DNA of 63,981 nt, filler included, from Octopus bimaculoides (GCF_001194135.2; 6 parts of 6 records of this genome joined end to end with filler, not necessarily neighbours in it); one strand, 5' to 3'. Positions 39,512 to 52,865 are shown, counted from the whole stretch's first letter. Notes: generated by a model from the sequence alone, not told the origin. Made by a program: numbers and translations.

Positions 39512-40202
39512 CAATATATGCATATACACACACATTTTGTAAATGCACAGTTTTTCTGCAAAATAAATCATTCAAAAAGACATGTATAGCTGCACAACAA
39601 ACAACAAGACAAATAATAAATAATAAATACATATTAGACAGACACTCTCTCACGCACACGCATACACACACAAACAACACTCACATACGCATTTACTCGC
39701 ATACACATGTATACGTACATAGACATAGAAGATATATATATATATANNNNNNNNNNNNNNNNNNNNNNNNNNNNNNNNNNNNNNNNNNNNTTAATTAATT
39801 AANNNNNNNNNNNNNNNNNNNNNNNNNNNNNNNNNNNNNNNNNNNNGGTAGCCCCGGTTGAGGTGCATAGGCTGAGATGACAGTAGCTAATCTATGATAT
39901 ATATATATACATACATGCATACATATACATATGCATGTATGTAATTATATACTTGTGTATATATGTGTGAGTATGTATGTAGGCATCTGTGTTTGTGTAT
40001 GTTGATATGTGTGTGCATGTGTGGTTGTTAGCTGCATGTGTATATGTGTGTATATACATGCATATCTATATGTATGGGTAGTTATGTGTATGAAAATTTG
40101 TAAATATTTGCATTTGTGTATACATGTCTGAGTATGTAAGTACATGTGTATGTCTGAGTGCGCTTGTGTGTATCTATGTATATATGTGTGCATTAGTACA
40201 TT

Positions 40203-40246
<44 letters not shown>

Positions 40247-40618
40247 TATATCTGTCTCTCTCTCTCTATATATATATATATGTTTACCTGTATGTGCATG
40301 AATCTGTGTATGTTACCTTCAATAATAAATGTGAGGAACACAGAAATACTGAAGTTAACTAATGTCAGCCAGCTGAACTCCCATCTTCTTCCTGTAAACC
40401 TGTAGTTATAATGGTAGACTGATATTTCCCTCCAAAATGGCCACTCGGTGGATAAGATTTCATAATAGCTGCTTCATACAGTGAAAATTACCAATTTTAA
40501 TTCTGTTGGCCAGGAAACAACCTGTCATTCTCTCACTCAGCTAAAACATCCTATAAATAGAAGCAAAATGATGCATTATAAATGATTTTTCTTTGGGTTA
40601 TTATTATTATTATTATTA

Positions 40619-40670
<52 letters not shown>

Positions 40671-40674
<4 letters not shown>

Positions 40675-41001
40675 TTGTTATGTCTGGGGAGAGTCATTCT
40701 CCTTTAGTGCCTTATTATTTAACTCACTCACCGGTAAAGTTTCCACTCATTTACCTGTTTATTTTTCCTAAAATTTGTGTATGTATATACATATGTACGT
40801 ATGTNNNNNNNNNNNNNNNNNNNNNNNNNNNNNNNNNNNNNNNNNNNNNNNNNNNNNNNNNNNNNNCGTATATGAAAAAATTGCAAGATGCAATGGAAAT
40901 TTTAGAAAAATAAATAAGTAAATGAGTGGAAATTTTACTGGTGAGTGTGTTAAATAATAAGGCACTAAAAGAGAATGACTCTATCCAGGCACAACAGAAT
41001 A
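40671..41001. mobile_element. Long-TIR (about 105 bp) non-autonomous DNA element spanning a gap
   Basis: 40671-40776 is the reverse complement of 40897-41001 (GAGTCATTCTC...TAGTGCCTTATTATTTAAC...TTTCCACTCATTTAC). Confidence 0.8.
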
Positions 41002-41118
41002 TGCTTCAACACATGAACTCACATAAAAAATCTTGCAAACCAAATCCAAAACGAAATTATTATCATAATTATAATTATAATTATAATTATAATTATAATT
41101 ATTATTATTATTATTATA

Positions 41119-41164
<46 letters not shown>

Positions 41165-41165
<1 letters not shown>

Positions 41166-41330
41166 GGTGGCAAGCTGGCAGAAATGTTAGTATACCAGGC
41201 GAAATGCTTAGCAGTATTTCGCCTATCTTTGTGTTCTGAGTTCAAATTCCACCTTTGATCCTTTCGGGGTCGACAAATTAAGTACCAGTTGCATACTGAG
41301 GTTGATCTAATTGACTGGCCCCCTTCATAA
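41165..41330 (+). mobile_element. Family B SINE
   Basis: AAGGTGGCAAGCTGGCAGAA...GAGTTCAAATTCC...CCTTTCGGGGTCGA. Confidence 0.8.
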
Positions 41331-41388
41331 TCTTGTTTACATATCTACTATATGGTTTAAACACACACACACACACACACACACATGC

Positions 41389-41436
<48 letters not shown>

Positions 41437-41687
41437 TAATTTATATGAAGAAAAGGTTGATAATGATAGCGATGAGTAATAAACTGAAACTCTGAAGTCA
41501 TTGTTAACCTTTCCTTTGCAAAAATTAATAAATATGTCCTCCACTAATAAGTATTGAATGGTTCTTCAATTTAATGTTAAAATTATTATTATTATTGTTG
41601 TTGTTGTTGTTGTTGATGTCGTTGTTGTTGTTGTTGTTGTTGTTATTATTATTATTATTAGTAGTAGTAGTAATAGTAGTAACTTTG

Positions 41688-41903
41688 CTAGGTGGCAATT
41701 GGCAGAATTGTTAGCACACTGGAAGAAATGCTTAGTGGCATTTCACCCATTGCTACGTTTTGAGTTCAAATTCTGCCCAGGTCGACTTTGCCTTTCATCC
41801 TTTCGGGGGTTGATAAATTAAGTACCAGTGGAGTGCTGGAGTCGATGTAATCGACTAGTCCCCTCCCCCAAAATTTTAGGCCTTGTGCCTATAGTAGAAA
41901 GTA
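41688..41903 (+). mobile_element. Family B SINE, full length
   Basis: Collinear with 35135-35340. Confidence 0.85.
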
Positions 41904-42202
41904 ACTCTATATAAAAAACAAATATGTCTATGCATATATATATCTATCTAGATTCATCAACCTGAAATCAGTAATTTAAACTGGTTAAGTGATATCAGAA
42001 CCGAAATGTTTTTTTCCCACACAATAATCAGTCACACCAAATGTGTTAGTCATTGTTCTCTGTCACCTGTTCAATACAGGAGAGATTTATGAGATTTTCA
42101 AACAAGTCAGAATGAAACAAACAATTAGTAATGGTAAGAAATTTAAAAATAAATCGACAGCACAAAACACACACAAAAATGTCAAGTTACGCCATTGGTC
42201 CA

Positions 42203-42356
42203 GATGTGGCTGTGTGATTGAGAAGTTTGCTTCTCAACTACAAGGGTTTTGGTTTCGTGGCAATCTGGGCAAGTGACTTCAGCTATAGTCCCAGTGTGAC
42301 GAAAGCCTTATGAGAAGGTTTGGTAGAAGGAAACAGAAAAAATGAAAGAAGCCCGT

Positions 42357-42418
<62 letters not shown>

Positions 42419-42649
42419 CTTTTATTCTTTTACTTGTTTCAGTCATTTGACTGAAGCCATGCTAGAGCACTGCTTTGAAAGGTTTTAGTTGAACAACTGG
42501 ACGTCAGGACTTTTTTAAAGTCTTGTACCTATTACACTGGTCTCTTCTGCCAAACTGCTAGGTTATGGGGATATAAACACACCAATACCAGTTGTCAAGC
42601 AGTGATTGGGGCGGACAAACCCAGACACAAAGACACGCACGCACACACA

Positions 42650-42683
<34 letters not shown>

Positions 42684-42800
42684 TATACAATGGACTTATA
42701 TTTCAGTTTCCATCTATAGTAGAAGACACTTTCCCAAGGTACCACACAGTGAGACTGAACTGGAAACCATGTAGTTGGGAAACAAGCTACTTGCTTCACA
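42203..42800. mobile_element. Inverted pair of family A SINEs (+ head 42203-42357; - copy 42417-42800) separated by (GT)n
   Basis: The two heads are reverse complements of each other. Confidence 0.75.
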
Positions 42801-43529
42801 ACCACATATATGAACATAAAATCTGAAGGTATAAAAGGTTAAATAAATATATATTTCCCCCTCAAACCTCCTGACTGATGTTTCTATATACACCTCATGA
42901 AGTAATTTCGTTACTCTGAATTTCTGGATTGTCAGTTGCAGGGACACTCTACATTAAACTTCTCTGTAACTGATGACTGTGTGGACTGATAGCCGAGTCC
43001 ATAAACAGAGCCTTCTGTGATAGCTTCACAATTCTCTGAATCCATATCATGTACTACTTATAATGACAGTGACTTTGAAGTTTCTGTTAGTTAAGCCATC
43101 ATCAGACTGCAATGCATTGAAGTTAATCATGGCTTTATATAGTTTCAGTTGAGTTAAAATCTTCCTCGAGTGCGTGAGTTAAAGTTGGGTGATAATCAGA
43201 TTTTAGAGTGGATTGTTATGGAAAGGTGTTTTGGAGAAGTTTTTATTGATTAAATTTGAGGTTCTGTTATTGTTTACAATTTATTCATGAATGTAAAACT
43301 TTGTAAGCAGGTGTGAATATTTAGGTGTGTCCCATTTGGTAGGTAGGTATGAAATATGTCAGTAGTTTCAGTTATATTTCATTTTAATGACAATGTAAAG
43401 ATCAAAGGTTCAAAGTTTAATCCAGCATTTAAGAACTATTTTATACATGAATACATACACACCTTTTACAATGCTCCACTTTTGCATATATCCAGAGCCC
43501 TGAAATGATATATTATGTATATATATATA

Positions 43530-43719
43530 TATGGTGGTTGTCTACTCCTTAAACAGAGTTTGACCACCTCCTGCACCTACACCTTAGCCCTTTCATGGCG
43601 TCTGATGTGGCTTTTTAAACCAGACAGTGTTTTGAAAAAACACCCACACAGATTGCGCCTCTGATTTGCACTACCAATACCTGCAAGTAAGTTCTGCTCA
43701 TTGGGGATCCTAACATATA
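43530..43719 (-). mobile_element. RTE-type LINE 3' end with a C-terminal Cys/His motif
   Basis: ...NLCGCFFKTLSGLKSHIRRHERAKV* followed by a short tail; resembles the C-x-C...GLxSHxRxH end of RTE ORFs. Cut off by a gap. Confidence 0.6.
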
Positions 43720-44354
43720 NNNNNNNNNNNNNNNNNNNNNNNNNNNNNNNNNNNNNNNNNNNNNNNNNNNNNNNNNNNNNNNNNNNNNNNNNNNNNNNNN
43801 NNNNNNNNNNNNNNNNNNNNNNNNNNNNNNNNNNNNNNNNNNNNNNNNNNNNNNNNNNNNNNNNNNNNNNNNNNNNNNNNNNNNNNNNNNNNNNNNNNNN
43901 NNNNNNNNNTGGAGAAATCTTGATCAACAACAATAGACTACCATCGATTATTATTTTTAATGCAGAACTTTATCCCATATAACAACTATTTCTGTTTCGA
44001 ATGTCCTACAGTGTTGCAAATGAAAATTCTGTGAATAATATTCATCATATTTTGTAACACATCTGATCTGGAACATGGAGCTTTATCAGAGCAAAGAAAA
44101 ATATTTTTCTGCTTAATTTAAATTTGATTCCTGATAAACTCTTGTTTATCTTTGTTATTTCCTGTATCCTATGAGTATAATATGCTTGCATATGTATGTC
44201 CAGAGTTGACATAGGTAATTTATACCGGTAGCAAAATGGATATTCTTATCCCTTAGATGGTAATTCCAGCCACTAACTCTACTAACCTACACACACACAC
44301 ACACACACACACACCATATATATATGCATACACACACACACACACATATATGTA

Positions 44355-44686
44355 GGCGCAGACGTAGTTATGTGGTAAGTAGCTTGCTTCCCAAACACAT
44401 GGTTCCAGGTTCAGTCTCACTGCATGGCACCTTGGGCAAGTGTTAGGGTTACTATAGCCTTGGCTGGAATCCCTTCTTATTTCTTTATTGCCCACAAGGG
44501 GCTAAACATAGAGGGGACAAGCAAGGAAAGACAAAGGGATTAAGTTGATTACATCAACCCATCGACCCCGAAAGGATGAAAGGCAAAGTTGATCTCGGTG
44601 GAATTTGAACTCAGAATGTAATGGCAGACGGAATACTGCTAAGCATTTCGCCCGGTGTGCTAACGATTCTGCCAGCTCACCGCCTT
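44355..44686. mobile_element. Family A head (+, 44355-44462) interrupted by a family B SINE (-, 44474-44686)
   Basis: Consensus motifs of both families are present. Confidence 0.8.
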
Positions 44687-44892
44687 ACTACTACTATTAT
44701 ACCGCTATTACACAATGCTACCAAAACACCAGTATTTCATTATCAGAACTGAGAGTTTTCAGGAAAATGACAGAAGTGGGTGGTTGGTTGTTTTAGTGCA
44801 AAATTGGCAATTGGGAAACCTGAAATGTTTTTCATAAATCAAAACCAGTGTGTGGGATTTGAGAGTAGAATTGCAGTTTGAATCAACATTTG

Positions 44893-44962
<70 letters not shown>

Positions 44963-45654
44963 TAGTAATATGATTATGACAACAACAATTTTGTTTTTTA
45001 AATTAATTTTTTTTATTCATTTAAATCTAAATTTCAATATCAGTGTTTAGTTTTGAAAAAAAGAATTCAATTCCACTCTCTCTGATTTTAGCTTATGAAA
45101 AACATCTGTTTCATCAATACAGGAAATAAAATTTCAAGATGATAAATAGTAAATAAATAATAATTAAAAAGAAGCAGTAAATAAAAAAAAAATACTGTCC
45201 CCACCCACCTCCCACCTCCAAAAAAACCCCCACTGAAAAATGCTTCGTTCAAAATTTTCAATGTCTTTTTAAAATTTTTTGTTTTTTTCTTCCATAAAAT
45301 GTCTTCATATTAATTAATTTTTCATTCATTCTCTTTTAAGATAATTCACTCTCACTCCTGTAAACCACCAAGATACTCATCAACCTTAGTACTCTGATGA
45401 CAAGTTGCTTCTTCACCACCACTCTCTCCCCCAGGTTCTTATTCTTCTTTTCTCTTTCTCCCTATGCTTTTCACTTGCTTATCTCTAAGTGGAGCAGTTT
45501 TAGCTTAATGCCCTTCCCAGCTCAGACCTAACCCCAACTTATACACAATAGAACTTATTAGTCACACTATGTTGACATGTCATTCATTTAACAATTGTGG
45601 TGGGGTTTTTTTTCTATGATTGTTGTACCAACAACATTAAGATAAAAATCATCA

Positions 45655-45810
45655 TCAGGAGTAGCTATGTGGTAAGAAGCTTGCTTACCAACCACATGGA
45701 TTCAGGTTCAGTCCCACTGTGTGACACCATGGGCAAATGTCTTTGTACTATAGCCTCAAGCCAGCCAAAGCCTTGTGAGTGGATTTGGTAGATGGAAACT
45801 GAAAGAAGCT
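45655..45810 (+). mobile_element. Family A SINE head
   Basis: GGAGTAGCTATGTGGTAAGAAGCTTGC...GGAAACTGAAAGAAGC. Confidence 0.8.
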
Positions 45811-46417
45811 CATCATCATCATCATCGTTTAACGTCCGTTTTTCCATGCTGGCATGGGTTGGATGGTTTGACTGAGGTCTGGAGAGCCAGTGGCTGCACC
45901 AGGCTTCAATCTGATCTGGCAATGTTTCTACAGCTGGATGTCCTTCCTAATACCGACCACTCCGAGACACTCTAGGTGCTTTTTATATGCCACTGGCACA
46001 GGAGCCAATTAAGTGAGCCTGGCATCGATCACATTTGGATAGTGCTTTTTATGTGTCACCAGCACAGGAGCCAGTCAGGGAGCACTGTTATCGACCATGT
46101 TCGGATGATACATTTTATGTACCACCAGAATGGGAGCCAGTCAGGTGGCTTGGCCACAGCTATGATCTTGGTTTTACTTGACTCAACAGGTTTTCTCAAG
46201 CATATCATATTGCCTGATGCATCAAGGGTACTCTTAAATGGGCCGGACATGCAACACTAGCATTGGCCATGGATGCGATCTCACTTTAGTTGCCAGGTCT
46301 TCTCAATCACAACATATCTCCAAAGGTCTCGGTCTCCTGTCATTGCCTCCGTGAGGTCCAATGTTTGAAGGTCATACTTCACCACCTCATCCCATCTCTT
46401 CCTGGGTCTACCTCTTC
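45811..46417 (-). mobile_element. RTE-clade LINE 3' end: ORF C-terminus, 3' UTR and (GAT)n tail
   Basis: RRGRPRKRWDEVVKYDLQTLDLTEAMTGDRDLWRYVVIEKTWQLK* (46417-46281), a typical RTE RGRP..W...D..W C-terminus. The UTR ends GGACGTTAAACGATGATGATG. Confidence 0.88.
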
Positions 46418-46517
46418 NNNNNNNNNNNNNNNNNNNNNNNNNNNNNNNNNNNNNNNNNNNNTTAATTAATTAANNNNNNNNNNNNNNNNNNNNNNNNNNN
46501 NNNNNNNNNNNNNNNNN

Positions 46518-46576
<59 letters not shown>

Positions 46577-46667
46577 TCTATCTATCTGTCCATTTGCCTA
46601 TCCATATGTCCATTTGTCTATCTATCTCTCTGTCTATCTATCTGTCTATCTATCAATCTATCTATCC

Positions 46668-46727
<60 letters not shown>

Positions 46728-46795
46728 GTCTATCTATCAATCTATCAATNNNNNNNNNNATCAATCTATCTATCTATCAATCTATCTATCTATCA

Positions 46796-46859
<64 letters not shown>

Positions 46860-46873
46860 CTACATCTATCTAT
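46518..46873. repeat. (CT)n and (CTAT)n microsatellites
   Basis: Direct inspection. Confidence 0.97.
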
Positions 46874-47199
46874 AAATAAATAAATAAACAACATAAAATA
46901 ACAACGACGAATCCTTTTGACTCTTCCAGTCTCTCAAAAGAAATTGTTTATTTTGGTTTCGTTTTGACCTTCAAGCGTTATTTCCAATGAAAGGAAGTTG
47001 CAGGTTGATCTTTCTGGGTGGTTGTGTATACCCCGGTGTTAAATAATGAAAGACAAAAGTGTCCAGTTGATCCTCAGTCACACCAGTCACTTAGCATATG
47101 TCCTCCTCTTCCTTTGTTAGTCGCCAACCAAAATAGATTTCGTTTTTACAAGACCCTTCACACAACTTCCGCTTTCTCACATGTTCTTTGCATTACTTT

Positions 47200-47362
47200 T
47201 TGACTCTTTTCCTCTCTTCATTTCTCCGTTTTTCTTTCTTTTTCCTTTTTCCCTTCTTTCTTTCTTTCTTTCTTCCTTTCTTCCTTCCTTCCTTCCGTCC
47301 TTCCTTCCTTTATTTCTTTCTTTCTTTCTTTTTCTTTCTTTTATTTCTTCCTTCCTTCTTGC

Positions 47363-47417
<55 letters not shown>

Positions 47418-47452
47418 TCGCTTTGTCTTTTTTCCATTCTTTGTTCCTGTCT

Positions 47453-47531
<79 letters not shown>

Positions 47532-47545
47532 CTCTCTCCTCCACA
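47200..47545. repeat. Polypyrimidine tract: (CTTT)n, (CTTC)n, (CT)n
   Basis: Direct inspection. Confidence 0.95.
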
Positions 47546-48121
47546 CTCTCTCTGTACAACTCCACACATACACTATCATATCAAAAGAAGGTACTTCATG
47601 TTTTCCCTTTTCTTCTTGTCCCCCTTTCTCCCTCTTTCACTCCCCATATTATTTTTCCTCTCCACCTTTTCCTTATCTTCCTCTCACATTCTCCGCTTTC
47701 TTCCTCCATTAACTCAATCTCATGCACATAGTCACAAGAATATACGAACACATACATACATGCATACACACACCTACGTGCATTCATATATGCACACACA
47801 AAGCATATGTCTGTATGCATGTGTGTTGTATGTGTGATTTCATGGTTTCTCGCTTTGGTTAGATTTGGTCTCAGTCACATTCTTTCTCTATCGCTGTCTG
47901 CTCTTCTTTGCATAAATATACAGACATTAGCACACATATAAACACACACACAAACACACACATACACACGCTTACGCACGCGCGCATGCAAATGGGTATA
48001 TAAATACATACATCTATGTATGCAATCAACAAGTGAGATCCTCAGGTTTTCAGTATAGAAAATTCTTCGTAGCGCTGAAATTATTTGCTGCATAATTGCT
48101 TCCATATATACTTACCTTGAT

Positions 48122-48541
48122 TCCTACTGTGGGATATGTGTCAATTTAATTTAGGGATCAGAGTTCTCCTTCAAATAAGGACAACGTTTCACAGTAAAAA
48201 GCAACTTCTTATGTGCTTCAGAGAACCTGATATACGTACTAACCTGCTCTGGGTGTCAAGAACAATACATAGGCCAAACAAAAAACAGTCTACGTCAAAG
48301 AATGGCTCTGCACAGATCCCAGATCAAAATTCTAAAAAACAGAAAAATAGCATTCCGCCAACACATCGACATTTGCGCCAATAACAAAACTCCAAGCTTC
48401 AGAATTTTCTCCCTCTACCAATTCAGGGACGATACAACCTGTAGCCAACGAATTAGTAAAGAGACTCTCTTTATTACAAAATACAGACCCCTTTTGAACG
48501 CGTCTACAACAAACGACATATCCACCACAGCCTTAGAATAA
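48122..48541 (+). pseudogene. Penelope-like element GIY-YIG endonuclease remnant
   Basis: One frame reads PTCGICVNLI*GSEFSFK*GQRFTVKSNFLCASENLIYVLTCSGCQEQYIGQTKNSLRQRMALHRSQIK...QHIDIC...KETLFITKYRPLLN. It has LIY...YIG, the catalytic R, the E..I...P..N terminal motif and the Cys/His ligands typical of PLE endonucleases, with two in-frame stops. Confidence 0.9.
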
Positions 48542-49350
48542 CACACACGCAAATATTAAAACTGATACCTTCAAAAGAGATACCCAAGAATTCATTAAAA
48601 ACAATCCCAATCACTGCTATAATCCACAACGAGTCACTTTTAGGTCACTTGACCATTTAACATCCTACTACTATTCTTCTTCTTCTTCTTCTTCTTCTTC
48701 TTCTTCTTCTTCTTCTTCTTCTTCTTCTTCTTCTTCTTCTTCTTCACACATACTCGGAAATATATACAAATACACACGCCTGCACAGATACAAATGTCAA
48801 CGAACACATATCCAAAGATACACAAATCAGATACAGACCCTCTCTCCGTTACACACATTCATACTTACTCTCTCTCAAACACACACACACGCACTGAAGC
48901 AATTGCATGTAATGTTTCACATTCTCGCCCCTCACCCCAAATATATACCCAATGCACACAAATACACATATTATTCTTCTCTCTGCCCCTCTCTCTCTGT
49001 CTCACTCTCTCTTATCAAGAAATAGACATAGATATAAATAAACATAGAGACAAAACCAGACCAAAACGGTAAAAGAATAAAACAGATGGACAGATACAAG
49101 ACAGAGAAAATAGTGTAAAAGAAAACTAGGAAAGTTGGCATTGAATAAAATGTGAAGTTTGTTAGTCTTCAAAAGAGTTTGTAATGGCTGACGGTGTAAA
49201 TAACTTGATCCAATCAATGTTATGAAGACAAACCAGCAGTTAGAGTCTGCTGCTGTTCACACGGAAGCCATTTTCGTTAGTCGAAGTTCACGTTACTTCA
49301 AAGAAGTTAGCCGTCATTTAGGAAGCAAACCTTTATGCGTTTAGTTCTAT

Positions 49351-49431
<81 letters not shown>

Positions 49432-49895
49432 TATATATGCGATTTGTGTCTGTATATATTTGTTTATGCGTGTGTATGTAGATGTATATGTGTATGTTTA
49501 ACTGATGGTTAAGTTGTCTGCCGTTGTTTAGCCCCCGGTCTCAACTGATGAAGAAAATCTGTATATGATCTATATTTTTCTTTTACATAAGCGCTTTAGT
49601 TTTGTCTACAATAACTGTCCGTGCTATAACAAGCCAATTCTATAGAATAATCTGTTCCGACATCTTTCATAGTCTTTTGTCAATTTTTCTCCAGATAAAG
49701 GAATCTGGACTTATTGTTATATATCTATGTGACTATTCATTGGTTGCATACCAAGGACTGTTTGCACATTCGTTCCTCTAATTATGAGCATTATGATTAA
49801 TATGTAATTCCGAGCTTCCTGAAACAGCTGTCGAGTTAAGAAACTGTTTTCTTTTCTTAGTATTCTCTGTTTTGTGTGTTCTATGTAAATATATT

Positions 49896-49964
<69 letters not shown>

Positions 49965-50200
49965 AAAAATATATATATGTAAAAATATGTGACCAGGGTG
50001 GGAGCCCACGCCAACATCTCTTCAGTTATCCTGCCAATTTAAAATTCCTGTGAAAAATTACCGTTAAAAACAAAGGGAAATTACTGTGTAGTGACAAGGT
50101 CAAAACGCGTCTAAAACTGCGTATATTGTCGCATGCACGTATATATCCATATACGCACGCACATATCTCTATATACGTACGCATATATCTACATACGCGC

Positions 50201-50240
50201 ATCCACGCGCATCCACGCGCATCCACGCGCATCCACGCGC
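50201..50240. repeat. 10-bp tandem repeat (ATCCACGCGC) x4, perfect
   Basis: Direct inspection. Confidence 0.95.
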
Positions 50241-50766
50241 ACACTCACTCCCAAGCGCGCACATATAAAGTTCCTTGTACGTGTCTAGAAGCGTAGAGGA
50301 AAAAAGTTTGGAGGGGATTGAAAATGGGGTAGACACTAGTTAGATTATGAAAGTAGAATTTAGCAGCTATTTTAGTAGAACGAGGGACTACACAAGGGCT
50401 CTCTCATTTGGTTCGTTGCATTAGGGGTCGATACGATAGGTATCAATTGTATATTGGCGTCGAATTAATCGATTACACACGTGTCTCCTGATAATAAAAT
50501 CGATATTGTCCCTTTATAAGAAGGCATTGTAAAGAAGAGGGAAAAGGTAGAGGCAGGAACAAGGGTTAAAGGTGTGTATTAGAAGAGGAACGAAATTATC
50601 ATTTCATATTGCAAATATGAAGAATAATAGCATCTTAGAAGCGATATAATCTGCTAATAGAATCATCACAAAGGCACTATATAATGCAGCGTTTCAATTG
50701 CAGCCAACTTATCGTCACGATGGCAGCCATTATCATACAGACTTCTTTCTATGTAATAATCCATAG

Positions 50767-50889
50767 AAGAAAGGCGTGGGTGGGGAAGGTGTTACTGGGG
50801 AAAATGGTGGTGTTTGTGATGCGGACAATGATAATAATGGTGATGGTGGCGAATTTGATGATGATGATGCTGATGCTGAAGAGGAATAA
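50767..50889 (+). CDS. Possible terminal exon with an acidic tail (KKGVGGEGVTGENGGVCDADNDNNGDGGEFDDDDADAEEE*)
   Basis: Acceptor ...ATCCATAG|, open phase-0 frame, stop overlapping AATAAA and a second AATAAA just downstream. It may be only a degenerate triplet repeat. Confidence 0.2.
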   Translation, partial: KKGVGGEGVTGENGGVCDADNDNNGDGGEFDDDDADAEEE

Positions 50890-51059
50890 AGATGGAGGCT
50901 AATAAAGATGTTCGAAATGATCGGTTGAAGAAATAACGAAATTCTGGCCCAGAAGGTATTGAAAACAATGGATTGTTGTCCAGAAATAGTCTCTAAATTA
51001 CAACCTTCAAAACTGGCCGGAGTCATTCTGGCTGCAGCATAAGTGGATATTAATCCAAC

Positions 51060-51094
51060 TGCTGCCTTTCTTCTTTCTTTCTTTCTATCTTTCT

Positions 51095-51131
<37 letters not shown>

Positions 51132-51394
51132 TTCTTCTTCTTCTTCTTCTTCTTCTTCTTCTTTTCACCTCCTCCTCCCCCTCCCCCTTCTTCTTCTTCT
51201 TCTTCTTCTTCTTCTTCTTCTTCTTCTTCTTCTTCTTCTTCTTCTTTCCTCTTTCTTCTTCATCCTCATTCTCTCCTCCTCTTCCACCTCATTTCTCTTT
51301 CTTTTACCTCTCTCTCGTTCTCCGTATATGTGCGTGTACATGTACGCGCTTATATTTACATAGCACATTTACTCTACACACATACATCCTCCCG

Positions 51395-51427
<33 letters not shown>

Positions 51428-51641
51428 GTATGTATATATCTGTGTTTATGCTTATGTAGGTGTATGTATATATTACCTATCTTTATACATACCTACTCTC
51501 CAGAACACGCATGCGTATGTATGTTTGTTCCCAATTCACTGGAGCTGTTTTCAGAATAAAGCTTTTAATGTCCATCGCCACTATTTCTACCTCATCACCA
51601 CAACCAGACCACAATGAATAATAATAATAATAATAATAATA

Positions 51642-51693
<52 letters not shown>

Positions 51694-51694
51694 T

Positions 51695-51743
<49 letters not shown>

Positions 51744-51763
51744 CAACAACAACAATAATAATG

Positions 51764-51818
<55 letters not shown>

Positions 51819-51890
51819 TAATAATAATAATAATAACAATAATAATAATAATAATAATAACAATAATAATAATAATAATTTTAATAATCA
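51060..51890. repeat. (CTTT)n, (CTT)n and (AAT)n microsatellite cluster
   Basis: Direct inspection. Confidence 0.9.
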
Positions 51891-52724
51891 CATCAATAAG
51901 AGAACATCGTCATCAACAGCGACAACCTGGTCAACCGCACTCACAGTAACAGCCATTTGCCCTCTCACCATTATTTCTGGTCAGAACCAAGAAAAAAGAA
52001 AATAGCTACAGAAAAAGGACAATGGATAATAAAAGTAATAATAATAATAATAATAATAACGATGATGATGATGAAAGTGATAATAACTGCAAGAAGTATG
52101 ATAATAGTAAAGGTTTAAGTTCGTAGAGAGATTGTCTACAGTTTGCTGTGTGCTTTCGCCAGTTGCTGTCCTGCGTGTTTATAAAAGGCCTGATTACATT
52201 TCTGATTGTCGGAACAAAAAGATGAGGTGGAGAAAATAGTGAAGAATAAGAAGAGGACATGGAGAAGAGGATGATGAAAAGGAAGAAAAGAAACAAGATA
52301 CAGGATGATAGAAATAGTCAAAGAAGAAGATTAATGGAAGAAATTTTGCAACGAAGATTTGCCATTTTTTGGCTTTTTCCATTACGAGTTTCAAAATGAT
52401 ATATTGATGCAGGAGAATTGCAGAATTATGTCCTCTTCCAGTGAACTTTTATTAGATTGCTTTATCTCGATGCTTTCTGCTAACAAACCAACATATGCAA
52501 AACGAATATGGAATTATGGCCAAATTCTCTATGCTTTATGCAGTTTTCACTCATTTTCACTTTCCTTTATTTTTTTTCTTCTTTTCACTTATATCTTTAT
52601 TTTTTCCGATGATGATGAACAGAATGAAAGTGATTCTCCACCTCCTCTTTTTCCTCATCATTTCTTTTTCTCCGTCTTATTGTTCTTGTTCTTCACATTC
52701 AATCTCATCAACATCATCACCACT

Positions 52725-52745
52725 ACCACCACCACCACCACCACC

Positions 52746-52777
<32 letters not shown>

Positions 52778-52865
52778 CATCATCATCATCATCATCATCA
52801 TCATCTTCTTCTTCTTCTTCTTCTTCTTCTTCTTCTTCTTCTTCTTCTTCTTCTTCTTCTTCTTC
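52725..52865. repeat. Serial triplet array (ACC)n-(ATG)n-(ATC)n-(TTC)n containing a perfect 58-bp palindrome
   Basis: 52748-52805 is self-complementary about the GATC at 52775-52778. Confidence 0.95.

Noticed and set aside
45990-46145. Short spaced repeats (CAGCACAGGAGCCAGTCAGG-like) superficially like a CRISPR array
   Set aside because: Only about three degenerate units inside an RTE 3' UTR in a eukaryote, with no cas genes.
50733-51026. 97-aa S/P-rich minus-strand ORF
   Set aside because: Largely the antisense of degenerate GAT/GGT triplets, with no splice context.
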